From assembly GCA_036229005.1 (NCBI GenBank), contig JAZAMN010000020.1, positions 192,001 to 256,000 on the forward strand: 64,000 bases of DNA, read 5' to 3'. This DNA is from Myxococcota bacterium (lineage in GTDB: Bacteria > Myxococcota_A > UBA796 > CAJQPC01). Below are positions 9,082 through 18,819 of this stretch, piece by piece. The notes beneath the pieces were generated by a model. That model had not been told where the DNA came from, did not search any database, and saw only the letters and a program-made list of their open reading frames with translations. Position 1 is the first letter of the stretch. Each line of letters opens with the position of its first letter. Made by a program: the position numbers and the translations under genes.

Positions 9082-9158
9082 GGAGGTCCTCCTTGGACCA
9101 CCCTAACGACCCCTCGCCGCCTGCACAGGTTCCCCCGCAAAAGGGGGGAGAGCCCGGC

Positions 9159-9536
9159 TCAGAAGCCGGAGGGCTCGGCCTCTTCTTCCTCGTCACCGTA
9201 GGAGTCGAGGGGATCCTCGTCCATGCCGTCCGAGTGCCAGAGAATGCCGATGAGCTTCTCGACCACGTTGACGACGTCCTCGCCGGTGAGCTCGATCTCG
9301 TCGTTCTTGGTGAACTCGTACTCCAGGACATCCTGGAGGGGCTCCTCGAGCTCAGCCTCCTCCTCGATCTCGGTGGCGATGTCTTCGGTGTCGTAGTCCG
9401 CGTCCTCGGCGGCCTGCTCCAGCAGGTCCATGAGGGCGGCGGCGAGGGTCGATGCGTCGGGATCGTCGTTGACGGTCTCCAGGTAGTCATCGACGGCGAT
9501 CACGAGCGACTCGCGGAGCTCGGAGGGCAACTTCAT
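9159..9536 (-). CDS. Very acidic hypothetical protein
   Basis: 125-aa ORF with typical codon bias and GAGG RBS. Confidence 0.75.
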   Translation of the reverse strand: MKLPSELRESLVIAVDDYLETVNDDPDASTLAAALMDLLEQAAEDADYDTEDIATEIEEEAELEEPLQDVLEYEFTKNDEIELTGEDVVNVVEKLIGILWHSDGMDEDPLDSYGDEEEEAEPSGF

Positions 9537-9687
9537 GGCAACCTCGAGAGGGAATGCAGGGGTGTTGCCGCCGTCCTACCGTATGGGGTCCCGGGGTGCA
9601 ACCGCAGTTGGGCAACAAGGATCGAGACCGTCAATCCCGCTACACACCTGCGACCATGCGATGCGCCCGACCGGGTTAGGCACCGGC

Positions 9688-10902
9688 ATGATCACCTCTG
9701 CCCTGTTGCACGCCCTCCCCAAGACCGACCTCCACGTCCACCTGGACGGCAGCCTCCGCCTGGAGTCGCTGATCGAGATGGCCCGTGAGCGCGGGATCTC
9801 CCTCCCCTCGGAGACCCCCGAGGGCCTCTGCGAGCTGGTGTTCAAGCCCAGCTACGCGAGCCTGGGCGAGTACCTGGCCGGCTTCGCCCTGACCGGCGCG
9901 GTGCTGCAGGACGCCGAGGCCCTGGAGCGCGCCGCCTACGAGCTGGCCTGGGACAACCTGAACGAGAACGTGTTCTACATCGAGGTCCGCTTCGCGCCCC
10001 AGCTCCACATGGGCCCGCACATGGACATGGACCAGGTGGTCGAGGCCGTCGCCCAGGGCCTGCGCCGCGCCCAGCAGGAGCACAACAGCTCCACCCCGGT
10101 CCACGACGGCGCCCTCCCCGCCTTCCACTTTGGCCTGATCCTCTGCGCCCTGCGCATGTTCGAGCCCGGGTTCTCCGCCTGGTACAAGAGCTTCTCCGAG
10201 GCCCTGGGCGAGGCCCGCCCCAACCACCTGCACGCCCAGGCCGCCGAGCAGCTCGCCCGCGGCGCCGTCCGTCTGCGCGACAAGGGCCTCCCGGTGGTCG
10301 CCTTCGACCTGGCCGGGCACGAGGCCGGACACCCCGCGGTCCACTACAAGCGCGCGTTCGACCACTGCCACCGGCACTTCCTGGCCCGCACCGTCCACGC
10401 CGGAGAGGCCTACGGCCCCGAGAGCATCTACCAGGCAATCGCCGAGTGCCACGCCGACCGCATCGGGCACGGCTACCACCTCTTCTCCCCCGCCGAGCTG
10501 CGGGATCCGCGGGTGCAGGACCCCCTGGCCTACTGCGACAACCTGGCCGAGTACCTGGCCGACCGGCGCACCACCATCGAGGTCTGCATCACCTCCAACC
10601 TGCAGACCAACCCGGCCATCGGCGACGTGCGCAACCACGCCTTCGCCCAGATGCTGGAGCACAAGCTCTCGGCCACCCTGTGCACCGACAACCGCCTGGT
10701 CAGCCACACCACGGTCACCCGCGAATACGCGCTCGCCGTCGACGCCTTCGACATGACCGAGAAGCAGCTCAAGAACACAATCGTCTACGGCTTCAAGCGC
10801 AGCTTCTTCCCCGGGGCCTACCGCGAGAAGCGCGCCTACGTCCGCTCCGTCATGGCCCACTACGAGGCCGTGGAGGAGCGGCTCTCGGGCCCCCAGAGCT
10901 GA
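9688..10902 (+). CDS. add: Adenosine deaminase
   Basis: LPKTDLHVHLDGSLR, TVHAGE, DRIGHG, EVCITSN, CTDN; start MITSALL. Confidence 0.92.
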   Translation: MITSALLHALPKTDLHVHLDGSLRLESLIEMARERGISLPSETPEGLCELVFKPSYASLGEYLAGFALTGAVLQDAEALERAAYELAWDNLNENVFYIEVRFAPQLHMGPHMDMDQVVEAVAQGLRRAQQEHNSSTPVHDGALPAFHFGLILCALRMFEPGFSAWYKSFSEALGEARPNHLHAQAAEQLARGAVRLRDKGLPVVAFDLAGHEAGHPAVHYKRAFDHCHRHFLARTVHAGEAYGPESIYQAIAECHADRIGHGYHLFSPAELRDPRVQDPLAYCDNLAEYLADRRTTIEVCITSNLQTNPAIGDVRNHAFAQMLEHKLSATLCTDNRLVSHTTVTREYALAVDAFDMTEKQLKNTIVYGFKRSFFPGAYREKRAYVRSVMAHYEAVEERLSGPQS

Positions 10903-10912
10903 AAGGCCCACC

Positions 10913-11827
10913 GTGGACCCATCCACCCGCGCCTGGCTCGCCCAGCACTGCGGGGCATCGGCGAGGACCTGCGAGCGCATCCAGTCCCTCTGGAGCGGCT
11001 ACGGCGCGATCTGGCGCTGCACGCTCACCGATGGCCGCAGCGTGGTCCTCAAGTCCGTACAGCCCCCGGCAGGTGGCGGGATCTCGCACCGCCGCAAGCT
11101 GCGCTCCTATGCCGTGGAGTGCAGTTGGTACGCCGACTTTGCGTCGGAGTGCAACTCCGCATGCCGGGTCCCCCAGGTCCTGGCGCTGGACCCCACTCCC
11201 GGCGCCTGGCGGCTGCTGCTCGAAGACCTGGACGCCGCCGGGTTCTCCGGTCGCCAGCACAACAGCGGAGCGGGCAGCGGAGACAGCCTCGATGCCTGCG
11301 TGGACTGGCTGGCCCACTTCCACGCCACCTTCATGGACCGGGCCCCCGAAGGCCTCTGGCCCGAGGGCAGCTACTGGCGCCTCCAGACCCGCCCCGACGA
11401 GCACGCCGCGATGCCCCCTGGCCCCCTCAAACAGGCCGCCGCCGCGATCGACGCCCGGCTCTGCGGCGCCCGCCACCGCACCCTGGTGCATGGGGACGCC
11501 AAGCTGGCCAACTTCTGCTTCGGGGCGCAGGGCGTCGCCGCCGTGGACTTCCAGTACGTGGGCGGGGGCTGCGGGATGCGAGATCTGGCCTATCTGCTCA
11601 GCCGCGGGGCCCACCAACGCGCCCTGGACCGCTACTTCACCACTCTGAGATCCGCTCTGCAGGCGAGGTACTGGGCAGGCGATCCAGACGCCCTGGAGGC
11701 GGAGTGGCGCGCGCTGTTCCCGGTGGCCTGGGCGGACTACTGCCGCTTCCTGGAGGGGTGGGCGCCTGGTTGGCGAGCTGGTGACCTCGACGGGGCCATG
11801 ATCAGAGAGGCGCTGCAGGGGCTGTGA
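10913..11827 (+). CDS. Choline/aminoglycoside-kinase-like phosphotransferase
   Basis: QSLWSGYG, LLLEDL, TLVHGDAKLANF, VDFQYVG. Confidence 0.85.
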   Translation: MDPSTRAWLAQHCGASARTCERIQSLWSGYGAIWRCTLTDGRSVVLKSVQPPAGGGISHRRKLRSYAVECSWYADFASECNSACRVPQVLALDPTPGAWRLLLEDLDAAGFSGRQHNSGAGSGDSLDACVDWLAHFHATFMDRAPEGLWPEGSYWRLQTRPDEHAAMPPGPLKQAAAAIDARLCGARHRTLVHGDAKLANFCFGAQGVAAVDFQYVGGGCGMRDLAYLLSRGAHQRALDRYFTTLRSALQARYWAGDPDALEAEWRALFPVAWADYCRFLEGWAPGWRAGDLDGAMIREALQGL

Positions 11828-11842
11828 TGCCCGGGCGGTGGG

Positions 11843-13408
11843 CTACTTCTTGAAGAAGCGGCCAAAGAAGCCCTTCTTCTCCTCCTTGGCGGCCTTCTCG
11901 GCGGCCCGGCGCATCTCCTGGGCGCTGCGGCGCAGCTCGCGCTCGGCGTCCACGTTGGCGGGGTTCATCTCCAGGGCCTTGCGGAAGGCGCTGATGGCCC
12001 GCTTGTGGTTGTTCGCGGAGCGGAACACCAGGCCCATGAGCACCCAGCCGCCGTCCAGCTTGACGTGGTTGTCGATGGCGGACTTGATGAGGTTGACGCC
12101 GCGCTGGGCCTCGGCCTCGTTCTTGCCGTAGTGCTGCTTGAACAGGGTGTAGCCGAAGTAGGCCTGGAACTCGGCCTCTTCGGGGACGGCCAGGTGGGCC
12201 TTCTCGAAGAGCTCGTGGGCGCCGACCAGGTTGCCGCGGCGGAACTGGGACAGGCCGGCCTTGAAGTCGTCCTCGGCGGCCAGGATGGCGCGCACCTTCT
12301 CCATGGCGAGCTCGTCTTCGGACTTGATGCCGTGGATGACGCGGTCGGTGTAGGCCTTGCGGGCCTCGGCGTCGCCCAGCTCCTCCCAGGCCTCGCTGAC
12401 CTTGGCGAAGATGTCGGCGGCGAGCTGGCGGACCTCCTGGGGGGCGTCGGTCCAGCGGTCCGGGTGCAGGCGCTGGGCCAGGGCGAAGTAGGCCTTGCGG
12501 AAGGTGTTCTCGTCGGCGTCCCAGTGGACCTCGAGCACGCCGAAGTGGTCCTCGGCGTCCTCGACCCGACGCAGCTCCTGGCGCAGGGCGGGGAGCTCGG
12601 GGTGCTCCTGCAGCACGGGGAGCGGGGCGGAGGCGGGATCCTGGGCGATCTCGACGGGCATGGCAGCACCGCCGGTGGGTGCGCTGACGATGGGCGCATC
12701 AAAGAGGTCGGCCAGGTTGCTGGGGGCGCCGACCTCGGAGAAGGGGGCCTTCTCGGCGACGGTGGGCAGGGCCTCGGGGGCGGCGGAGACCCGGGCGAGG
12801 GTGGCCTCGTCCTCCTCGAAGTTCACCGCGCCGGTGACCACGGCCAGGTAGATGATCTTGCGCGCGCGCACCGGGTCCATGGGCGCGAACTCCAGCACGT
12901 CCTCCAGGGGGCGGCCGCCGTCCAGGGTGGAGAGCATCTCCAGGCCGGGATCGTCCAGGCCCAGATCCCGGGGCGTGGGGCCGCCGACGCCCAAGCGGGG
13001 ATAGCGGCTGCCCAGGCCGGCCAGGCGCGCGTCGACCACGGCCTCCGGGACGCGGGTGAGCACCAGCTCGGTGAGGGCCTTGAGCAGCGGCTGGGGATCC
13101 CGCTTGGGCGGGGCGACGTTGGGCTTGAAGGTCCAGTCCCCCTCCTGGAGGGCGGCGACGTTGCGCAGGCGCAGCTTGAGCTGGGCCCAGGGCAGGCGCT
13201 CGGGCGGGATGTCGGGGTTGCGCTCGGCGATGCGCTCCTGGGTCTCCGAGCGCAGGTTGCTCTTGGAGAAGGAGAGCTGGCCGTTCTCGAACCAGAAGGC
13301 TCGCTTGCGCTTGTCCTGCACGATGTCCAGCCGGCCGCTGGCGCGCTGGGCGACCAGGCTGCCAAAGAGCTCGACGATGGGCTGTTCGGTGACGCTTCCA
13401 GACTGCAT
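11843..13408 (-). CDS. DUF4388-like N-domain + DnaJ domain + TPR protein
   Basis: SGRLDI...FWFENGQL N-domain; DHFGVLEV...LHPDRW J-domain; FRKALEMNPANVDA TPR. Confidence 0.8.
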   Translation of the reverse strand: MQSGSVTEQPIVELFGSLVAQRASGRLDIVQDKRKRAFWFENGQLSFSKSNLRSETQERIAERNPDIPPERLPWAQLKLRLRNVAALQEGDWTFKPNVAPPKRDPQPLLKALTELVLTRVPEAVVDARLAGLGSRYPRLGVGGPTPRDLGLDDPGLEMLSTLDGGRPLEDVLEFAPMDPVRARKIIYLAVVTGAVNFEEDEATLARVSAAPEALPTVAEKAPFSEVGAPSNLADLFDAPIVSAPTGGAAMPVEIAQDPASAPLPVLQEHPELPALRQELRRVEDAEDHFGVLEVHWDADENTFRKAYFALAQRLHPDRWTDAPQEVRQLAADIFAKVSEAWEELGDAEARKAYTDRVIHGIKSEDELAMEKVRAILAAEDDFKAGLSQFRRGNLVGAHELFEKAHLAVPEEAEFQAYFGYTLFKQHYGKNEAEAQRGVNLIKSAIDNHVKLDGGWVLMGLVFRSANNHKRAISAFRKALEMNPANVDAERELRRSAQEMRRAAEKAAKEEKKGFFGRFFKK

Positions 13409-13460
13409 GGGCGCGATTCTAACCCGCATCAAGCCCCGCGCTTTCCGGCATACTGCCGCC

Positions 13461-14156
13461 ATGGACTGGCTGCAGACCCTGGGGCGCGGCGGACTCGGCG
13501 CCTGGCAGACCCTGAACTCGGTGCGCACCCTGATGGTGCAGGCCGGGGCTGCGCTCTGGGGGCACGGGACCGACCGCCGAAGCATGCAGGAGCACCTCTT
13601 CCGAATGGGCGTGGAGGGGGGCTCCACGGCGATCACGGCCGGGGCGGTCTCAGGGCTGCTGATGATCGGCGTGCCCCTGATCTTCGCCGGGGAGCTGGCC
13701 CTGGAGAGGGTGGGCGGGCTGCTGGGGGTGCCCGTGGTTCGGATCCTCGCCCCCACAGTGGCCGCGGCCGTCATCGCTGGGCGGGCACAGATCGACCCGA
13801 GCGAGGACACCCCGCTGGGCCAGCAGGCCGCGACCCCGATCCTGGCGGGGACCCTGGCGGCCCTGAACCTCTGGGTGCTCACGGCGCTCGGCGCGCTGAT
13901 GGCCGGGTACGTGCTGGGTGGCGTGGTCGGTGGGCTCCCGGTCACGCGCCTGTTCCTCTCCTTCGCCGGGGAGCTGGTGCTGATGGACGTGGTGCACGGG
14001 GCCGCGAAGGCCGCCCTCTTTGGCGCCGTGGTCGGCGTGGTCCGCAGCCACCAGGCCTTGATCCGCCGACAGCCCCGCGGCGCGCTACGTGCTGTGCTGG
14101 CCTGCCTGCTGCTGGACGGGCTGCTGAACCTGCCCTGGCTGCTGAGGATGATGTGA
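13461..14156 (+). CDS. MlaE-like ABC permease (divergent)
   Basis: Hydrophobic; VVRILAPTVAAAVIAGR, AKAALFG; overlaps mlaD start. Confidence 0.7.
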   Translation: MDWLQTLGRGGLGAWQTLNSVRTLMVQAGAALWGHGTDRRSMQEHLFRMGVEGGSTAITAGAVSGLLMIGVPLIFAGELALERVGGLLGVPVVRILAPTVAAAVIAGRAQIDPSEDTPLGQQAATPILAGTLAALNLWVLTALGALMAGYVLGGVVGGLPVTRLFLSFAGELVLMDVVHGAAKAALFGAVVGVVRSHQALIRRQPRGALRAVLACLLLDGLLNLPWLLRMM

Positions 14157-15109
14157 CCCCCGATCCGGACGATCAGCGCAGAGAGCGGATGGTGGGGATC
14201 TTCCTGGTCCTCTGCCTGATGGGGCTGCTGGCCCTGACGGGCTTCGCCCTGGCGGGGGACCGCCTGCTGGCCCGTCAGCAGCGCTACGTGGTCGTCTACG
14301 AGGACGGCGTGGGCCTGACCCCCGGCCTGGACGTCACCGTCAGCGGGCTGGTGGTCGGCAAGGTCACCTCGGTGTCCCTGACCGCCGAGCGCAAGGTCGC
14401 CGTGGAGCTGGCCGTGGACGAGGCCTACGCCGGGTTCGTCCGCTCGGACTCCGTGGCCACCGCGCGCATGACCCTCTCGGGGAAGCAGGTGGAGATCGGG
14501 CCCGGCACCCAGGCTCCGCTGGAGCCCGGAGGACGCCTGGTCGCGGGGGACAACATGGACCCCTTCGTGGTGGTCGACGCTGCGGAGACGCTGGCTCGCC
14601 TGGCCGAGGCGCTGGGGGAGCTGCGTGGCCTGAGCGCCGACCTGGGGCTGGGCACCGGGGAGCTGCCCCAGGCCCTGGACGACGCCACCTTCCTGCTCGC
14701 GCAGCTCCGCGCGGGCACGGGGACCCTGGGCCAGATGATCGTGGACCCCGCGCTGGCCAACGAGCTCCAGGTGACTCTGGGCGAGCTGCGCGCCGCGTCC
14801 ACCTCCCTGGGCGAAGCGTCGCTGGCGGTGCAGCAGGCGGGCCGCAGCATCGAAGACGCCGGCAGCGCGATCGAGGGCGCGAGCACCGAGCTCCAGAAGG
14901 GCGGCCAGGCGGTGACCGAGGGGGCCAAGGCGCTGGACCAGGGCATGCCCGCGATCCAGGAGGGCGCGGAGTCGATCGACCAGACCATGGAGGAGATCGA
15001 CGCCACCCTGGAGGAGCTGAACCGCAGCCTGGCGCGCATGCAGCAGATCCTGGAGCAGCTCCCTGGCGTGGGTCTGCGCAAGGAAGCCAAGCCCAAAGAG
15101 GCGCCCTGA
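14153..15109 (+). CDS. mlaD: MlaD/MCE-family protein with coiled-coil tail
   Basis: N-terminal TM; GLTPGLDVTVSGLVVGKV; GKQVEIGPG. Confidence 0.85.
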   Translation: MTPDPDDQRRERMVGIFLVLCLMGLLALTGFALAGDRLLARQQRYVVVYEDGVGLTPGLDVTVSGLVVGKVTSVSLTAERKVAVELAVDEAYAGFVRSDSVATARMTLSGKQVEIGPGTQAPLEPGGRLVAGDNMDPFVVVDAAETLARLAEALGELRGLSADLGLGTGELPQALDDATFLLAQLRAGTGTLGQMIVDPALANELQVTLGELRAASTSLGEASLAVQQAGRSIEDAGSAIEGASTELQKGGQAVTEGAKALDQGMPAIQEGAESIDQTMEEIDATLEELNRSLARMQQILEQLPGVGLRKEAKPKEAP

Positions 15110-15192
15110 TCGACAAGCGGATCCCCCGGACAGTTTTTGGTCTGGGTCCTGCGTTAGGGTGCTGACCGAATCCTCCAACACCCGAGGCACCT

Positions 15193-15699
15193 GTGATCAA
15201 CAAGGTCATCCTGGTCGGCAACCTGGGCCAGGACCCCGAGATGCGCACCACCGGCAGCGGCATGGCTGTGTGCACCCTCCGCATCGCCACCTCCTCCCGC
15301 CGCAAGGACCAGTCCGGTCAGTGGGTGGACCAGACCGAGTGGCACTCGGTGGTCTGCTTCGGCCGCACGGCCGAGAACGCTGGCAACTACCTGCGCAAGG
15401 GCCGTCAGGTCTACATCGAAGGCCGCCTGCAGACCCGCAAGTGGCAGGACAAGGAAGGCAAGGATCGCTGGACGACCGAGGTCGTCTGCAACGAGCTCAA
15501 GTTCCTCGGCGGCCGTGACGGCGGCGGCGGTGGGGGCGGCGGCGGCAGCTACGGCGGCGGCGGCGGTGGCGGAAGCTACGGCGGCGGCGGCGGTGGCGGC
15601 GGAAGCTACGGCGGCGGCGGCGGTGGCGGAAGCTACGGCGGCGGCGGTGGCGGCGGTGGCGGCGACATGCCCTACGGCAACGACGACATCCCCTTCTAG
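15193..15699 (+). CDS. ssb: Single-stranded DNA-binding protein
   Basis: [31 protein letters not shown]-terminal DDIPF. Confidence 0.97.
   Translation: MINKVILVGNLGQDPEMRTTGSGMAVCTLRIATSSRRKDQSGQWVDQTEWHSVVCFGRTAENAGNYLRKGRQVYIEGRLQTRKWQDKEGKDRWTTEVVCNELKFLGGRDGGGGGGGGGSYGGGGGGGSYGGGGGGGGSYGGGGGGGSYGGGGGGGGGDMPYGNDDIPF
15520..15663 (+). repeat. GGC-rich tandem repeat encoding (G)nSY x4 in the SSB linker
   Basis: Repeated ggcggcggcggtggcggaagctac units. Confidence 0.9.
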
Positions 15700-15714
15700 C
15701 GTCCCCAATGGAGA

Positions 15715-15752
15715 GGCCCCCTGGTCGAAAGACCCGGGGCCCGCAGCGCGCG
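15715..15752 (+). terminator. GC hairpin between convergent ssb and lipoprotein gene
   Basis: ggcccc-ctggtc-gaaa-gacc-cggggcc; no U-tail. Confidence 0.35.
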
Positions 15753-15788
15753 CCGTCCTTTGGGGCGGCGCGCTCCTGACGGGGGGGC

Positions 15789-17258
15789 TCAGCCCGGCAG
15801 CATGAAGTCCGTCAGGGACTTCCCGCGGACGAACACCGCACCCTCTTGCGCCAGGCGCTCGCGATCGGCGGCCACTACGCAGCCCACCATGCCCGCGGCC
15901 CCGCGCCGGGTCAGGTCGGCCATGGCGGCCTCGAAGGCGGCGTCATCCATCTTGGCGACGGGCTCCCAGGCGATCTCGCCGCCGGCGATGCGGGTCACGT
16001 CCTGCTGGCTGTCACCGCCGTAGGGCGCCCAGGTCTGCTCCACCCGGTGCTTGCGGCCGTAGAGCTTGACCTGGCCCTCGGCCGTGGGGACCCAGGCGCC
16101 GTCGTAGATCACCACGGAGTCGGTCTCCTCCATGGCGCCCAGCTCGTAGCGGCTGCTGTAGTACACAAAGCTGTGGTTCTCCCGCAGCTTGAGCTCCCTA
16201 CGCGATTCCTCGGCGTCGGAGCAGACCCCCACGAAGCGCTTGCCCAACGCGGTGTCCAGGGGTGAGCCACTCAGCTCGCTGTGCAACGCAGCCGCTCGCT
16301 CCCCCTCGGAGACCGACAGGACCACCGGGCCCTCCGCGTCCCAGAGCCGCAGCTCGGAGATCACCGTGTCCTTGTAGCGGGAGCCCGCGGTCGCGCCGGC
16401 GATGCTCAGGGTCAGGCGCTTGCCGGTGACCGGCTCGGGGAGCTCCAGCTTCTGGGGGCCCTGGGTGTCGGCGACCTCCAGCAGGATCTCGTCGCCGCCG
16501 TCCACGGACAGGGAGAGGGTCTTGACCCGCCCGTTCTTGTTGAAGTGGTCCTCGCTGCGCTGGTAGCCGTTCCAGAGCTCCAGGGCGTGGATCGGGGTGG
16601 CCTGGTCCAGATCGATGTTCAGGGTGACGCCCTCGCCCAGGCCCTCGGCGCCCTCGACCCAGCCAAAGTCGGCGCGGCCGTCGCTCAGGTAGTTGGGGTG
16701 GTAGGCGTCGGCGGGCTCCAGGGTGGAGCTGGCGCTGATCCGGGCGCCCACCGACCGCGGGGGACGCACTCTCAGGTCGCCGTCGGGTCCCGTGAGGATC
16801 AGGCGCTCCAGGCAGGCCTCGCCCTCGGACTGGGCGACCTTGAGGTAGAGGCTGCGCAGGGTGGTCTCGACGCTCCGCGCCTTGCCCTGACCGGCGTCGA
16901 GCTGCACCTCGCCGCCCAGGTTGCCGTCGGCGTAGATCTCCACGGTGGCCACGCCCCCGCAGGAGGCGAGCTGGAGGCCGTCCACGCGCGTGGGCTCCTC
17001 GAAGCGCAGGAGCACGCCCTCGGCCACCGCGTCGCCGCTGGGACGCCAGCCGGACTGGAGGATGCCGGCGTGATCACCGGAGGTCGCGACGATGGACTGC
17101 AGGTGGAGCGCGTCGACCGGCTCGGGCGCATCGGCGGCCTCGGCGGAGGCGTCACCATCGGCGGGGGTCCCGTTGGCGGAGGGGTCCGCGGCGGGCGCCT
17201 TGGGCGCCTTGTCCTTGGGGGCGGGGGAGCCGGAGCAGGCCAACATCAACAGGAGCAC
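15789..17258 (-). CDS. Lipoprotein with discoidin/galactose-binding-like domain
   Basis: LLLMLAC lipobox; ASSTLEP, WVEGAEG, WNGYQRS, NGRVK, DTVISEL. Confidence 0.75.
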   Translation of the reverse strand: MLLLMLACSGSPAPKDKAPKAPAADPSANGTPADGDASAEAADAPEPVDALHLQSIVATSGDHAGILQSGWRPSGDAVAEGVLLRFEEPTRVDGLQLASCGGVATVEIYADGNLGGEVQLDAGQGKARSVETTLRSLYLKVAQSEGEACLERLILTGPDGDLRVRPPRSVGARISASSTLEPADAYHPNYLSDGRADFGWVEGAEGLGEGVTLNIDLDQATPIHALELWNGYQRSEDHFNKNGRVKTLSLSVDGGDEILLEVADTQGPQKLELPEPVTGKRLTLSIAGATAGSRYKDTVISELRLWDAEGPVVLSVSEGERAAALHSELSGSPLDTALGKRFVGVCSDAEESRRELKLRENHSFVYYSSRYELGAMEETDSVVIYDGAWVPTAEGQVKLYGRKHRVEQTWAPYGGDSQQDVTRIAGGEIAWEPVAKMDDAAFEAAMADLTRRGAAGMVGCVVAADRERLAQEGAVFVRGKSLTDFMLPG

Positions 17259-17320
17259 GGGATCACCTCAGGGAAGCGCCGACCAGCGGCCGGCCGGCCA
17301 AGGATACACGGGGGGCCGGG

Positions 17321-18118
17321 TCAGGAGAGCAGCGCTGGGTCCAGGGTGTAGGTCACCTTGGCCAGGTTGTGGGAGAGCAGCTCCCGCCGGCCATCACTCC
17401 CCACGCGGAACAGGTGGTTCTCCCTCCAGATCCCGTCGGGGCGACGCACAAAGCGGTGGCCCTCTTCGACGACCTGAAAGCGCAGACCGGGGTCCTGCGC
17501 CAGGCTCAGGCGCCCGTGAAGCTGGCCGTCGCGCACCTGGAACTGCAGGTGCACGGGCTGCGGAAAGGGGTTGCGCAGGCGCAGGTCGCGGTGCGGATAG
17601 AAAACCGTCGCGCCCAGCCCAAAGGGCACGCGCCGGTCGTCGTCGGGGAAGAGATCCAGGCCGTGGCGGTGACGCTCCAGCACCTCGAGGCCCCCCACCG
17701 CGGCCAGGTAGTAGAGCAGGTTGGCGAGCTGACAGGCGCCGCCGCCCCCGCCCATCTCCAGGCGCCCGTCGTGCAGCTCCGGCCCGGGGACGAAGCCGTT
17801 GACCCGAAGCGGCGGGCCCACCTCGCGGTGCCAGGAGAACTCAGCGCCGGGTGGAATCACGACCCCATCCAGGCGCTGCGCCGCGCGCTCGACGTTGTGC
17901 TCCTTGGCCTGCTGGCGTCCCCCTCGGTAGGCAGTCCCCTGGCGGCGAAGCGGGCTGCTGCGGCTGGCCTGGGTGTGGGCGAAGCCGACCGGTGCGCGCT
18001 CCAGACGCTCGGCGGGCCCCAAGCTCCGCGCAGCATGCCTGAGCAGCGCGGGCAGCCGCCGAATGGTCACGCGCAGGCCAAAGGGGATGCGCTCGCGGAT
18101 CGAAGGAGGGAGAGCCAA
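17321..18118 (-). CDS. VanW-family protein
   Basis: LDGVVIPPGAEFSW, GGGACQLANLLY, LERHRH, GATVFY, DLRLRN. Confidence 0.85.
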   Translation of the reverse strand: MALPPSIRERIPFGLRVTIRRLPALLRHAARSLGPAERLERAPVGFAHTQASRSSPLRRQGTAYRGGRQQAKEHNVERAAQRLDGVVIPPGAEFSWHREVGPPLRVNGFVPGPELHDGRLEMGGGGGACQLANLLYYLAAVGGLEVLERHRHGLDLFPDDDRRVPFGLGATVFYPHRDLRLRNPFPQPVHLQFQVRDGQLHGRLSLAQDPGLRFQVVEEGHRFVRRPDGIWRENHLFRVGSDGRRELLSHNLAKVTYTLDPALLS

Positions 18119-18348
18119 GGAGGCCGCCTATCACGGTGGCGACGTTCAGCGCCGCCGGGTCAAAACCCGACCCGACCCCCCGTAGCCGACCAGCTTGCTT
18201 GCGGAGGGTCGAGTCAGGCTGAAGACCTGGGGGTGCGTCGCACCCCTGCAGTCATCCAGGTGCACTCAGGGCCCAGAAAGGATCAGCCCGAGATGTCAAC
18301 TGTTCGCTGACACATCCAAACCCCGCCTTGAACCTGATCCTTTCTGGA

Positions 18349-18789
18349 TCAACCCAAAAAGACCCAGGCCAGGATCGCGGCCACCAGTGCCGCCCCCCCC
18401 GCGATGATCAGCGGGATGGGGAGCCCACCGCCCGGCTTCTTCTCGGCCTCGACCCGGGGGTCCTCGGAGACAGGCGGGCGCGTCAGAGGGCTGCCGGTCT
18501 CTTCGACCCGGGGCGTGACGGTGTCCGGCGCGGCCTGCTTCCAGCCGGTCAGGGTCTGGCGGTCGCGGATCTTCATCCCCTCGACGTCCACTCCCACCAG
18601 GGCCAGGACCTCGGCGCACTCTTCGTAGGCGGTGATGGAGCGCCACTGCCCCCCAACCGGTCGAACCTGCTCCTTCCCCCGGTAGCGGCCCGCGTAGATC
18701 CGCTCGCGGATCAGGTACACGTCCATCGGCCCGTGGACCTCTCCGTCCTCGGTCTCGATCTCCAGGTTCAGAAGCTGCCGTGCATCCAC
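18349..18789 (-). CDS. Hypothetical protein with GYF-like N-region and C-terminal TM
   Basis: DGEVHGPMD...IYAGRY...W; hydrophobic C-terminus. Confidence 0.7.
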   Translation of the reverse strand: MDARQLLNLEIETEDGEVHGPMDVYLIRERIYAGRYRGKEQVRPVGGQWRSITAYEECAEVLALVGVDVEGMKIRDRQTLTGWKQAAPDTVTPRVEETGSPLTRPPVSEDPRVEAEKKPGGGLPIPLIIAGGAALVAAILAWVFLG

Positions 18790-18819
18790 GCCCGCAGTCT
18801 ATCCGGTTAGCCCAGCCCC

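Noticed and set aside
11843..15190. Long N-terminal extensions of track ORFs (11843-15190, 12005-15109, 33115-36510, 54866-56629, 443-3421)
   Set aside because: Extensions overlap real genes; starts were trimmed to motif- and promoter-supported positions
15520..15663. SSB Gly repeat as a contingency locus
   Set aside because: Triplet-based in-frame linker typical of SSB in GC-rich bacteria
18135..18348. tRNA-Sec or 6S RNA near selB
   Set aside because: No cloverleaf with UCA anticodon loop or TTCGA arm; only a short CCTTGAACC resemblance to 6S without its long closing stem
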